Shown piece after piece: positions 32,330-49,220 of a DNA stretch of 64,000 bases. The position numbers were made by a program, and so were the translations under genes. Every line of letters starts with the position of its first letter. Position 1 is the stretch's first letter. Origin of the DNA: the human T2T-CHM13v2.0 reference genome, Homo sapiens; assembly GCF_009914755.1 (NCBI RefSeq), contig NC_060931.1. The stretch is one strand, 5' to 3'. The notes beneath the pieces are model-generated. The model was not told where the DNA came from. It saw nothing but the letters and a program-made list of their open reading frames with translations, and did not search any database.

Positions 32330-32697
32330 TGCAGGAACCACTCTGCCATTCTAACATATGTCCTTTAGGATTCTTGCAGAAGTAGGAGGGAATCAACACT
32401 GGGGGTGCAAATCTTGACCGATGGAAAATGGAAGCTGAGATTTAAATATTAACCTTTCCATCCTAAGACAAACAATTCTAAAGTGCATTCTACATGGCTG
32501 CATTCTGGGGGTCAGGAATCCAGTTTACTGAAGTGGTGACCAGCTTAATATTGCAGCCATAGATTGGGCTTTGCACCCCTCAATTTCATTCACCCCAGAC
32601 TATATTCTTATTTCTTGAAATGACTTCTGCAAATAAAATACGTGTACATAAGCCCTTGCCTGTAGCTCTTCCTTTTGGGAGAGCAGAGGCTAAAACA
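32330..32697 (+). mobile_element. LTR16-like (ERVL) relic
   Basis: GTGGTGACCAGCTTAATA, AAATAAAATAC.TGTACATAAGCCCTTG...GGCTAAAACA. Confidence 0.55.
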
Positions 32698-32940
32698 CCT
32701 GGCTAAGTTCATCGAGAGACTTGATTTTCCACATGAGTGGGTGAGAGCTTAACTCAATACAGCAAGATGTAAGTCCTAAGATAAGTGTTGACATTAACAT
32801 GAGGACAGTTGTATTGACAAGCTTGTGAAACCAAGGCCATTTCAGTTGCAGGGGTCTTTATAATTTATACCATATCCCTTACCAAAGAGGCTATGAGATG
32901 CCTTTTTAGACGAAGAGGACAGTTAAAAATCATTTAAGTT

Positions 32941-33235
<295 letters not shown>

Positions 33236-33683
33236 TCATTAAATAACCAAAACTTATGACCAACACCACACATAAAGCCTGGCTTTAGCCATGTTCAGTG
33301 CATTGGGTGATGACTCTACCTAACGATTGGAGATCCGTAACCAGGGAACTCTGGGAAAGGAAAGCGTTAAAGGCACAACTGTGTGGTGTCTCAGCAGATG
33401 ATATAAGTTAGGAACACATTTTCCCCTAAACCTTTCCTGTACCTGGGATGACAGATGTAATTTCAGCTCCCTGGACTCACTCTAATGTGATTATGATTAG
33501 GAGGTCAGGCTAAAATCCAGCCAGAGCCGACCGTCACTCATCTTCTGCTTGCAAGTAATAGGAAGGACAATTGTATCACTTGCTTGAATGACCGATGGGA
33601 AAGTGGTCAGGGCCTTCCCCATTTTGGCTCCCACAAAGAAACTGGTTGTAATTCTAATATTGGAAATGGCATCTCAATGATAT

Positions 33684-34095
33684 TTCTTTCTTTTTTCTTT
33701 CTCTCTCTCTCTTTCTTTTTTCTTTCTCTCTCCTTCTTTCTTTCTTTCTTTCTTTCTCTCTTTCTTTCTTTCTCTTTCTTTCTTTCCTTTTTCTTTTTTT
33801 GACAAGGTTTTGCTCTATCACCCAGGCTAGAGTGCAGTCACACGATCATGGCTCACTGCAGCCTCAACCACTGGACTAAAGCAATCCTCTCAACTACAGA
33901 CTCCAAAGTAGCTGGGACCACAGGCACATGTCACCATGCTTGGCTAATTTTTTGATTTTTTTTTTTTTTTTGTAGAAATGTGGTTGGGGTCTCACTTTGC
34001 TGTCCAGGCTGGTCTCCACATCCAGAGCTTAAGTAATCCTCCCACCTCAGCCTCCCAAAGTGCTGGAATTATGGGCATGAACGACCGCACCCAGC
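33684..34095 (-). mobile_element. AluJ with long (TTTC/TC)n tail
   Basis: Microsatellite 33684-33800 then diverged Alu. Confidence 0.92.
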
Positions 34096-34439
34096 TGGTA
34101 TCCCTTCAACAGAGAACTAGCTTCTGATTTTGTTTCCTTGGCTGGGTTTGGCAGGTCAGATGCCAAATGTACCATGAACATGCAAAAGTCCTGGGATGTG
34201 GACTGTTGTAGGAGCCTCTGACAGTCTGCCCAGCTATGGATGATCACGTATTGCTCCTGCACTTGAGGCCAAAAGTAAAAACACCTCTCCTCTTGTTTCG
34301 GGGCCAGGTGGGTGGAAGTTACCTTGGACAAAAATTACATAGAAGAAAGTCAATCTACATGAGCTGGCAGGGAGGAGATAGATCGAATAGTGACCTATTT
34401 GACTAAACACCCCATTTACAGGCCCCTGAATGGATGTAA

Positions 34440-35476
<1,037 letters not shown>

Positions 35477-35705
35477 CTAGGAAATCCAGTCCAGTGAGTC
35501 GACCCTGAAGTGCGGGAGGACTCGGGGAGCTCTTTCTGTTCCCCAGGTGCACATGCTCCAGGAGTGGCTCTTATTGGAGAAGCAAGAATGAGGTAATGAG
35601 TTTCGGGATGAAAGCAGAAAAGAGCCACGGTCCTGGGACCCAGGACGACATAAGCATAGAAGTTCTATGCAGACACTCGTATGACAACTTTAGCCATTAG
35701 AATTA

Positions 35706-36901
<1,196 letters not shown>

Positions 36902-36985
36902 GCCCTCATGTCCACAGATTGATTCCAGGTGTCCTCCCCTCTGTTGGGGGAAGTGGGGTGGGATGGACAAGAATCATTGACTGTT

Positions 36986-37541
<556 letters not shown>

Positions 37542-37821
37542 TCAGGCAGGGTGTTTATAGGGATGAGTCTGTTGGTGTGAGTTGTGTGCACAGGAAGGGC
37601 TACTCCAAGAGCAGACCAGGTCTGTCTATTTTGTGTCTTGGTCTTTGTTGAGGAAGGTCTCATCTTCATCTCCTCCTGCCATCTTCCTCTGATTCCCACA
37701 TACTTCTTCCTCTCCTCCCCCAAGTTCAGCTTTATTTGGTCTCTGCAAGGGGAAACACTGGTCTTAATAATGCTCCATCATCTTCCTCTGGCACTTTGAG
37801 AATCTGTGCTCTCACTTATGA

Positions 37822-38253
<432 letters not shown>

Positions 38254-38254
38254 T

Positions 38255-38835
38255 AGCCTTTTATACTGTGGAATATAATACACATGTAACAAGTGCACAA
38301 AACAAAGATACACAACTTAACGATTTATCACAAAGCAAACACCCATGTAACCACTGCCCAGCCAAGAGACAGAACTTGGTCAGTGCTGAGTCCCCCATGG
38401 GCCCCTTCCCAAGCACCACACCTTCTTCCACCCTGACTTTTATTGGGAATTGCTTATTTGCTTTTCTTCATCATTCACTACCTAAACATGCATTCTCAAA
38501 CTTGAGTTCAAGTGTGTCCTGGTTCTTGCACCAAAGTTTTACAGGATGTATTATTTGTGGGCCCAGCTTCTTTTGCTCAAAGTTGTGTCTGTACCATTCA
38601 TCCATGTTGTTTTGTTCAAAGGGTGTCTATACCATTCATCCATCCATACCATTCAAACATGTACGTTGAGTCCATTTGCCTGTGTTGCTGCACGGTGCTC
38701 TGTTGTGGATACTGTAATTTAGTTATCCATTTGACTGTTGATGGACTCTTAGGCTGAGTCCAATGTTTGGCTATGACAAACATTCCCATTATGAGCTCTC
38801 TGGTTTTTGTCTCTTGGTACACACACGCCAGCACC
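38255..38835 (-). mobile_element. L1ME 3' fragment
   Basis: Minus-strand translation MFVIAKHWTQPKSPSTVKWITKL resembles the L1 ORF2 C-terminus. Confidence 0.7.
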
Positions 38836-39147
38836 GCTGCTGAGTGCATCTCCTAAACCATTTATGCAGAACACCCTGTGGGTTTATTACTTCTAACTTC
38901 TGCCACTGAGTTTTTGATTTGGGGATGTGTTTTTTAGCCCTGGCGCTTACATCCTGACTTATGAATGCTTGAGTGACATTGTAAGTGACAACACTAGTAA
39001 ATGTTGAAATAATGGTATCACAGCCGTCAAACTCACACGTGGAAGTTCTCATGGACACACATTGTGGTTTGGGTTATGTGGCATTCCCCACAGATGGGTG
39101 AGTGTGACTTTTCCTAGCCCGCTTACCAGCTTTGAACTTACACAATT

Positions 39148-39245
39148 CTTTTTTTTTTCTTTTTTTCGAGAAAGAGTCTCACTCTGTCACCCAGGCTGGA
39201 GTGCAGTGGCACAATCTTGGCTCACGGCAACCTCAGCCTCCAGGT
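39148..39245 (-). mobile_element. Alu right-arm fragment
   Basis: Poly-T + AGAGTCTCACTCTGTCACCCAGGCTGG. Confidence 0.9.
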
Positions 39246-39439
39246 GAACTTATGTAATTCTCGATGACACTATTTTTCAGCTTCGGCAGGCTTGTATTAA
39301 TTATAGTATTGTATATAAAGGGAGGCCTTATTAATACTGTAAAAACACTACTTTAAGACTGAATAATTCAAAAGTACATAAAAAGCATATTCAATGTACC
39401 ACTCAGTGGCTACTTCCCCAGCCATGGAAATAGCCAATA

Positions 39440-40100
39440 AAAGACCAAGATTGAGTTGTGAAGAAATAGATATGAATGGATCAATAACAAGGAAGGCGAT
39501 AGAAACAGTAATTGAAAACCTCAAAGGAAAGAAAAGCCCAGGACTGATGGCTTCATGGGTGAATTCCACCAAACATCTTAAAGAAGAGTTAATGCTAAAC
39601 TTTCTCAAACTCTTCCAAAAAAATTGAAGGGGCAGGAAAACTTTCAAACGCATTTTACAAGGCCAGCATTATCCTCATACCAAAGCCAGATAAAGACACT
39701 AGAAGAAAAGAAAATTACAGGACTGGACAGGTGCAGTGGCTCACGTTTGTAATCCCAGCACTTTGGGAGGCCAAGGAGGGTAGATTACAAGGTCAAGAGA
39801 TCAAGACCATCCTGGCCAACATGGTGAAACTCTATCTCTATTAAAAATACAAAAAATAGGTAGGTGTGGTGGTGTGTGCCTGCAGTTCCCAGCTATTTGG
39901 GAGGCTGAGGCAGGAGAATGGCTTGAACTTGGGAGGCGGAGATTGCAGTGAGTCGAGATCATGCCACTGCACACTGCATCCCTGCCTGATGACACAGCAA
40001 GACTGTCTCAAAAAAAAAAAAGAAAATTACAGAACCATATCCCAGATGAACTTAGATGCAGAAATTGTCAACAAAATACTAGCCAACCAAATCCAACATG
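39440..40100 (+). mobile_element. L1M ORF2 fragment interrupted by AluSc-like element (39725-40021)
   Basis: PRLSCEEI...KKSPG motif; Alu TSD AAGAAAATTACAG. Confidence 0.85.
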
Positions 40101-40359
40101 TAAGTATAAATAATATAATATATCCTATACATTTTTATGTAAATAGATATAAATATAATATTGGAAGGAATATACAAAAATGTTATCAGGGCTGATTTTT
40201 GGGGTGGAAGAGAGGTGGCATTATGATAACTTTTTCTTCTTTTTGCTTTCTGTTGTTTTCCTAAATTTCTGTGTTAAGTATGTTTACTTTTCCAACTAGA
40301 AAAAAAATTCTGAATTATTATTTTTAAAAATGAAATCATAAAGAGCAAAAAAGAAGCCA

Positions 40360-41158
40360 TATAGAAAATGGCATACATGTGGCCAAAAAGCATATGAAAA
40401 AAGCTCAACATCACTAGTTGTTAAGGAAATGCAAATGAAAACCACAGTGAGACACCATGTTATAGCAATGTCAGAATGGTTATAATTGAAAATCAAAAAT
40501 AACAGATGCTGGCAAGGTTGTGGAGAAAAAGGAACATTGACACACTGTTGGTGGGAGTGTAAATTACTGTGGAAAGTAGTGTGGTGATTCCTCAATGAGC
40601 CAAAAACAGAATGACCATTGGACCTAGCAATCCCATTACTGGGTATATACCCAAAGGAATATAAATTATTCTATCATAAAGACACATGAATGCATATGTT
40701 CCCTGCAGCATTATTAACAATGGCAAAGACATGGAATCAACCTAAATGCCCATCAATGGTAGACTGGATAAAGAAAATGTGGTATATATACAGCATGGAA
40801 TACTATGCAGCCATAAAAAAGAACAAGATCATGTCCTCTGCAGGAACATGGATGGAGTTGAAGGCCATTATTCTTAGCAAACTAATGCAGGAACAGAAAA
40901 CCAAATACCACATGTTCTCATTTATAAGTGGGAGCTAAATGATGGGAACTCGTGGACACATAGAGGGGAACAACACACAATGGGGCCTATTGGAGAGTGG
41001 AGGGTGGGACAAAGAAGAAGATCAGGAAAAATGACTATTGAGTACTAGGCTTAATACCTGGGTGATGAAATAATTCTGCATAACAAACCCCTATGACATG
41101 GGCTTACCTATGTAGCAAACCTGCACATGTAACCCTGAACTTAAAAGTTAAAAAAAAA
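40360..41158 (+). mobile_element. L1PA/PB (older primate) 3' end
   Basis: AKTWNQPKCPSMVDWIKKMWYIYSMEYYAAIKKN = ORF2 C-terminus, then 3'UTR and poly-A. Confidence 0.93.
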
Positions 41159-41619
41159 GAAAATGGGAAGCTATAATTTAACTTGAAATAAAAGACTACA
41201 TGTTTATTGCTCTTGTGTATGAAATTTAACTCTAAACTCTTTGGTAACTGAGGTCAGATAAAAATCTTAAGTAATGTGTCAGCCTCATGATGTGATAGAA
41301 AGAAGCAAATCAGTTCTCTAAGAAGCCCTAACTTTTATCCCAGTCATAAACTGTAAGAGGAATTTTTCAGGCCAATAGATCACTTTCTCAGGGATATTAA
41401 ATGGCTAATAGACAAGGTCTTCAATAGTCAGGTTTCTTCCTCTCCCAGACATTCAGCTCCAGACTCAAGGGCCATGACATAAAGTTCCCTTTCAAGGAAA
41501 GTAATTTGACAGGTGTCAGTTATTGTAGTAGGAATTTCTTGCTTTCTGTTCCCTCCATTGATCAAGGTTGGAACTTGGGAACCTGTGCAATTGATTGGCA
41601 GGCCCCTAAGTATGGTAGC

Positions 41620-42052
41620 TGTATCAGTTAGGGTTCTCTGGAGAGAAAGAACTAATAGGATAGATGTATATACAAAGGGGAGTTTATGAAGAAGTATTGA
41701 CTCACACAGTCACAAGGTCCTACAATAGTCTGTCTGCAAGCCGAGGAGCAAGGAAGTCAGTCCGAATCCCAAAACTGAAGAACTTGGAGTCCGATGTTTG
41801 AGGGCAGGAAGCATCCAGCAGGGGAGAAAGATATAGGCTGGGAGGCTAAGACAGTCTAGTCTTTTCATGTTTTTCTGCTTGCTTTATGTTCTAGCTGCAC
41901 TGACAGCTAACTAGCTGGTGCCCACCCACATTGAGGGTGGGTCTGCCTCTCCCAGTCCACTGACTCAAATGTTAATCTCCTTTGGCAATACCCAGAACAA
42001 TACTTTGCATCCTTCAATCCAATCAAGTTGACACTCGATATTAACCATCACA
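41620..42052 (-). mobile_element. MLT2A-like solo LTR (HERVL)
   Basis: TGTATCAGTTAGGGTTCTCT...TTAACCATCACA; perfect TSD GTAGC. Confidence 0.9.
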
Positions 42053-42841
42053 GTAGCCTGTACAATTCCTTCAAAGTATTTACTGTCCCTCTGTATCAGG
42101 CCCAACCCTACAGGGTTACATTCCATGGTTCCCCCTGACCTCATGCCCTGTGAGAGGAGCTAGTCCATATCTCATTGACATGAGACCTGGCCATGTTCCC
42201 TGTTACGGGCCATGGAATATGAACAGGAGTGGAGGATGCTGCATCCATGCAGAGACGTTAAAGAACACTTCAAGATCTAGAACATGTCCTTTTACTTTTG
42301 CAATAAGATCTGAAGGGGTGACACCTTCAGTCTGAGCCCTGGGATGAACCAGATGAGGAGCAGAAGAGTAACTGATCCGTAAAGGACAGTTAACACAAAC
42401 ATGGGAGAATCTTGCATTGTCGAAAGCCACTGAGCCATCCAGGGTTGCTAGTTACCACCGTGAAATCTAGGAAAAGCTGATCATATCTAAGACTGCATTT
42501 CTCACACTGATCAACTCACTGACTGAATTCTCTAGTAAGTGCTTAGAATGTGGGTGTTAATTCTGTTCATGAAAACAAAATTCATATGCTTCATAATAGC
42601 AGAAGATTTCCCCTTTCTTGGATAAGCCATTCCAGGGGTTTATAAAAGAGCTTCAGGGAGTCCATCCATCTTCTGTAATGCAAAATTTTATGTTTGTATA
42701 CTTATGTGCATTTGGGGAGATTGGGAAGAGTTGGATGGTCATGAGTCCGTGGATTTTTTCGGATTCTCAAAGAATTCCAAGACCTAAAATACATCAAACA
42801 ATGCTGTGGTAGATACTAGACATGCAGGCTGTAAAATTGAT

Positions 42842-43128
42842 GTTTATTTATTTATTTAGTTTTGAGACAGAGTCTTTCTTTGTCACCCAGGCTGGAGTGC
42901 AGTGGCTCAATCTTGGCTCCCTGCAAACTTTGTCTCCCAGGCTCAAGCAATTCTTGCGCCTCAGCCTCCTGAGTAGCTGGGATTATAGGTGCGTGCCACC
43001 ATACCTGGCTAATTTTTTTTTATTATTTTTTGGTAGAGACGGGGTTTTGCCATATTGGCCAGGCTGGTCTTGAACTCCAGACCTCAGATCCACCCTCCTC
43101 GGCCTCTCAAAGTGCTGGGATTAAAGGC
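42842..43128 (-). mobile_element. AluS/J
   Basis: Near-full Alu. Confidence 0.93.
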
Positions 43129-44436
43129 TGTTGTTTATTTATGAAAGCAGCCTAACTGTTCTCATCTTGAGAGCAGCCGTCTCTCTCTTCCTATAAGAAA
43201 AAGAAATCTTTGTGCAGTTCACTTGCTTCTCCTCTCTTCCTAGGAGTAGCAGTGAACTGTGCAAATATTTATTTTTTTTCTCAAAGAAGTTTATGCCTGT
43301 TGTAGGGCCAGCGTAAGTGTCTGGATGACTTCAGAGAATCCTATGGGGTGGTTTTGGTCTGAAACATTTCAGGGTAGATATTGCCAGTCACTTGTGTAAA
43401 AAAAGGAACATGACTTCTGCCAAGTGTGTAATTTTTAGCAAGTTGGCTTTTTGGTTGGGGCCCCAGAAGGGGTGAGTTGTACATTGTAGTGCCAGATAAC
43501 CAAGTGAATTGGCTTGTTGGATGGAATTGTTTAGGCCAACCCATTTTGCTTTGCAGAGTTACCATGAACTATTCTTTGGATGTCAATTTTGCAACAATTT
43601 CAGCTGCTTCTAGATGGCCTTTGTGGTCTGAAGTGATAAATCCATGCCCTTTGTGATGAAGAAGGATGGATATCCTTATTGCTTTGCTAGGAGAGCATGC
43701 ATCATGATTACCTAATGTTGAAATAAGTATGTGTTTAGGTCTAAGTCCAAGAGAGAGCTCAGCATTATTGCACATTCACCAAGCAGGTTCTGCTTCTCTC
43801 CACTGGAATCCAGCTGTGATGCTGTGGTTCACACCCAGCAGGGTAACAGTAATATTGGATTTTGGTAATGTCTGCATAGCTCGAGACAACTGTGGCTTTG
43901 GCTTGTAAAATAAAATGCTGATGATGGATTAATTTAGAGTGCTTCAATTGAACAATCTTCCTAGTCAACTTATCAATAACAAGAAACAGCATAGAGCTAA
44001 AATCAGTCATGTAACCACTGGACCTAAAATTTACTCTTCACGAAAAAGTTGGGCTGAGTGTTTTCAGTCTAGTAAGTTGTTGGGAGGAGGACTGATGGAA
44101 ACTTCTAAAAGAGGGACCCTGTAAGCCCGTGGGCTTTTAATTTTGTGAAGGGGGTGCATTTCAGCTATGAAAACTGGATACATTTCATTCAAGCTACAGG
44201 GTCTGTACCTGAGCAATAAATTAGACAGTTGAATATGACTTGCAAATATGACTTACAAATAGATGGTTGACTAAATGTTGCATAAGTTTCCAAATAACAA
44301 AGTCCCTAGTTTGTTAGGGCAACCCTGGTAGCTGCTATTCACCTTGAAAGGATTGCCACTCCATCTTTCCTTCCTGACAAAGGGTGGCCCTTGTCCAACT
44401 ACTCTCTGCAGAGTTACTCTAGAAGAGCTAGAGTTC

Positions 44437-44838
44437 CTCAAACTCCTGACCTCAGATGATACGCCCACCTCGGCCTCCTAAAGTGCGGGGGTTACAGGCA
44501 TGAGCCACGATGCCTGGCCTTATCCTGCACTCTCTATAGCAAAAATTGGAAACACTAACCTTGTACTTCCCAACTGGATGCCAGAAACAAGCGTCCTCCT
44601 AGCCACTTATTTCCCCTCACTCTACACTCAATCAATTACCAAATTTGTCTCTCTGATCTCCTAATTATCTCTCAAATTTATTTGCTTTTCTACATCTCAA
44701 CTGTTGCTGGTGCAAGCCACCACCCTCTTCTGCAGGAAAGACTGCAGCAACCTCAACTGCTTGCATCACCTCCTCTCTTGCTCTCTCCAGTCCATTCCCC
44801 GCTCTAAGGCAAGGCTTTGCTATAATCTGTTGATGCCT
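44437..44838 (+). repeat. 402-bp dispersed direct duplicate of 47814-48216
   Basis: Manual alignment, roughly 92-94% identical; begins inside an Alu left arm. Confidence 0.95.
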
Positions 44839-45276
44839 AAGGAGAGCCTAAGTTCCTTCATCCTGCCTTAGAATCCTAGCTGGAAGGAGATGCTTTGGTC
44901 ACGTGGTAGGATTGATCCATCTCAACTGTCCAGTCTCAAATTTACCCCAGGCAAAACTTTGCTGTGACAAGGGCAGATCCTTCTCAGCCCATTAGGGTCC
45001 CACCTTGGGATTCTGAGAAGATTCCAACCCAGTGCAATGCTACATGCAATTTACAAACACTTGTTGAGCATCTATCCTGTCTCAACATTGGGCTAGGCAT
45101 GAAGGATATCATCCGTGTTCCCTAACTCCAAGAAGGGGAAACACTCAGACATTCTTCAAACATACGTACCCATCGCTTCCACCTTTCTGCTCAATAGATG
45201 TTCTCACGTGACATATCAGAGAAAATAAAAATCGTCAGATGCAACCTCCTTCAAATCCCCCTCCACAATCTTATAA

Positions 45277-45746
<470 letters not shown>

Positions 45747-45954
45747 CAGGGAAAGCCTCTTTTACTCTCTCCTGCTCTGCTTCTCCACATCAACTCAACA
45801 TGCCCAAATTTCCCCCACATTAAAAATCAGAAAGTTTCCCTGATCCCATTTCAGTTGCCTGCTCTGCTTCCTGTACTTTTTCTTTCTATTCATTGCCAAG
45901 ATTCTTGAAAGAATTGTTTGAACTAATTATCTACCCTTTCTTCTTTTCTTATAT

Positions 45955-46308
45955 GTTAATTTTAATTTTAATTTTAATTTTTATTTTTGAGATGAAGTCT
46001 TGTTCTGTGGCCAAGGCTGCAGTGCAGTGGCACAATCTCAGCTCACTGCAAACTCTGCCTCCTATGTTCAAGTGATTCTCCTGCCTCAGCCTGGATTCTT
46101 GAACACAGGCAATCATCTCTAAAGCCTATGCTCGAGTAGCTGGCATTACAGGCATCCACCACCACACCCAGCTAATTTTTGTATTTTTAGTACAGATGGG
46201 GTTTCTCCATATTGACCAGGCTGGTCTCAAACTCCTGACCTCAAGTGATCCACCCACCTCAGCCTCCCAAAGTCTGGGATTACAGATGGGAGCCACCACG
46301 CTGGGCCT
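45955..46308 (-). mobile_element. AluS with ~38-bp non-Alu insert
   Basis: Alu consensus broken at 46093-46130. Confidence 0.93.
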
Positions 46309-46519
46309 CCTTTTCTTTTCAAGTCACTGCAATCTGGTTTGCACCCTGACACCCAGGAGAAACTGCACTAGCCAACAGCACGAATGGCTGGCTTCATGCT
46401 AAATCCAATGGGTCCTTCTCAGTCTTTCTTCATGGAACTTTCAGAAGCATTTGACACTGTGAACTACTCCATCCTACCTGGAACAGCCTGTTCCTGTGTT
46501 TCCTGTTGATGGCTGTAGT

Positions 46520-46740
46520 TACATAGCATGTGAAGAGCATAGACTTTAGAGTCGACTGCCTGTGTTCAAATCCTGGTTCCAGCACTTACTTACTAGCTGT
46601 GTGCCATTGGACAAGTTCCATAAACTCTCTGTGCCTCTGACTCTTAGAACTATTATGAGGATTAAATTGGTTAACACATGTAAAACACTTGGATCCATGC
46701 CTGTTACAAAATATGTGCTAAATAATTGTTTGCTGTAATT
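46520..46740 (+). mobile_element. MIR
   Basis: GTTCAAATCCTGGTTCCAGCACTTACTTACTAGCTGTGTG...AAGTT..TAAACTCTCTGTGCCTC core. Confidence 0.85.
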
Positions 46741-47011
46741 ACCTTGTTTGTATTTTTCCCTTTGACTTCTCCTTGAATTTGGGTGTCTGGCCCTTCTGTC
46801 CAGTATGACCTGGTTTCCCTGGGTAATCTCATTCACCCCTTTACACCATCTATATGTTGATCATTCCCACATCATTACCCCAGCACTCTCACCTAAGCTG
46901 AAAATCTATATATCCGATTACCTGCAGCACACATCTGTGGTATAAATGTATCACATTTATATCCCCTGTACCCAATGTTGAACTCACCATATTCTTTCTC
47001 AAGGCTGCTTC

Positions 47012-47896
<885 letters not shown>

Positions 47897-48311
47897 TTAT
47901 CCTGGACTCTCTATAGCAAAAAATGGAAACACCAACCTTGTACTTCCCAACGGGATGCCAGAAACAAGTGTCCTCCTAGCCACTTATTTCCTCCTCACTC
48001 TACACCCGATCAATTACCAAATTTGTCTCTTTGATCTCCTAATTATCCCTCAAATTTATTTGCTTTTCTCCATCTCCATTGTTTCTGGTGCAAGGCACCA
48101 CCCTCTTCTGCAGGTAAGACTGCAGCAGCCTCAACTGCTTGCATCACCTCCTCTCTTGCTCTTTCCAGTCCATTCCCTGCTCTAAGACAAGGCTTTGCTG
48201 TAATCTGTGGATGCCTCCACTGTTGTGAGCGTGTCTCACAACATATCTGCAAGGCCCTGTCTTCATCTTCAAGGTCCTTCTCCCCTCAACCTCATCTCAA
48301 GCTGCCCACAC

Positions 48312-48607
<296 letters not shown>

Positions 48608-48857
48608 CTGCCCATACTTTTTGATCCAGGCACTCTAATCTCCTTTGGACTCATGCTATTTGGGTTATCTCCTCCTTCTAAGGCTTTCCACATGCAGCAT
48701 AACAGAGAGGTTTAAAAGTTTGGACTGAAAACTGCTGGCTTCACATCCCAGCTCCACCTCTTAGAATGACGTGACCCTGAGCAAGTTACCTAATCTCACT
48801 GGGCCTCAATTTTCCTATATGTAAAACAAGCATGAATATAATATCTACCTCCTAAAG

Positions 48858-49220
48858 TATATTAGTTCATTCTCATGCTGCTAATAAAGACATATCTGAG
48901 ACTGGGTAATTTATAAAGGAAACAGGTTTAATGGACTGGCAGTTTCACATGACTGGGAGGCCTCACAATCATGGTGGAAGGTGAAGGAGGAGCAAAGTTA
49001 CATCTTACGTGGTGGCAGGCACGAGAGCATGTGTAGGGGAACTGCTCTTTATAAAACTGTCAGATCTCATGAGACTTATTCATTATCACGAGAACAGCAT
49101 GGGAAAAACCTGCCCCCATGATTCAATTACCTTCCACTGGATCCCTCCTATGACACATGGGGATTATGGGAACTACAATTCAAGATGAGATTTGTGTGGG
49201 GACACAGCCAAACCATATCA
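48858..49220 (-). mobile_element. THE1B/C-like solo LTR inserted in a MIR
   Basis: ...GACACAGCCAAACCATATCA; perfect TSD TAAAG. Confidence 0.93.

Noticed and set aside
40690-40938. 82-aa ORF with strong protein-like sequence
   Set aside because: L1 ORF2 C-terminus in a truncated dead L1
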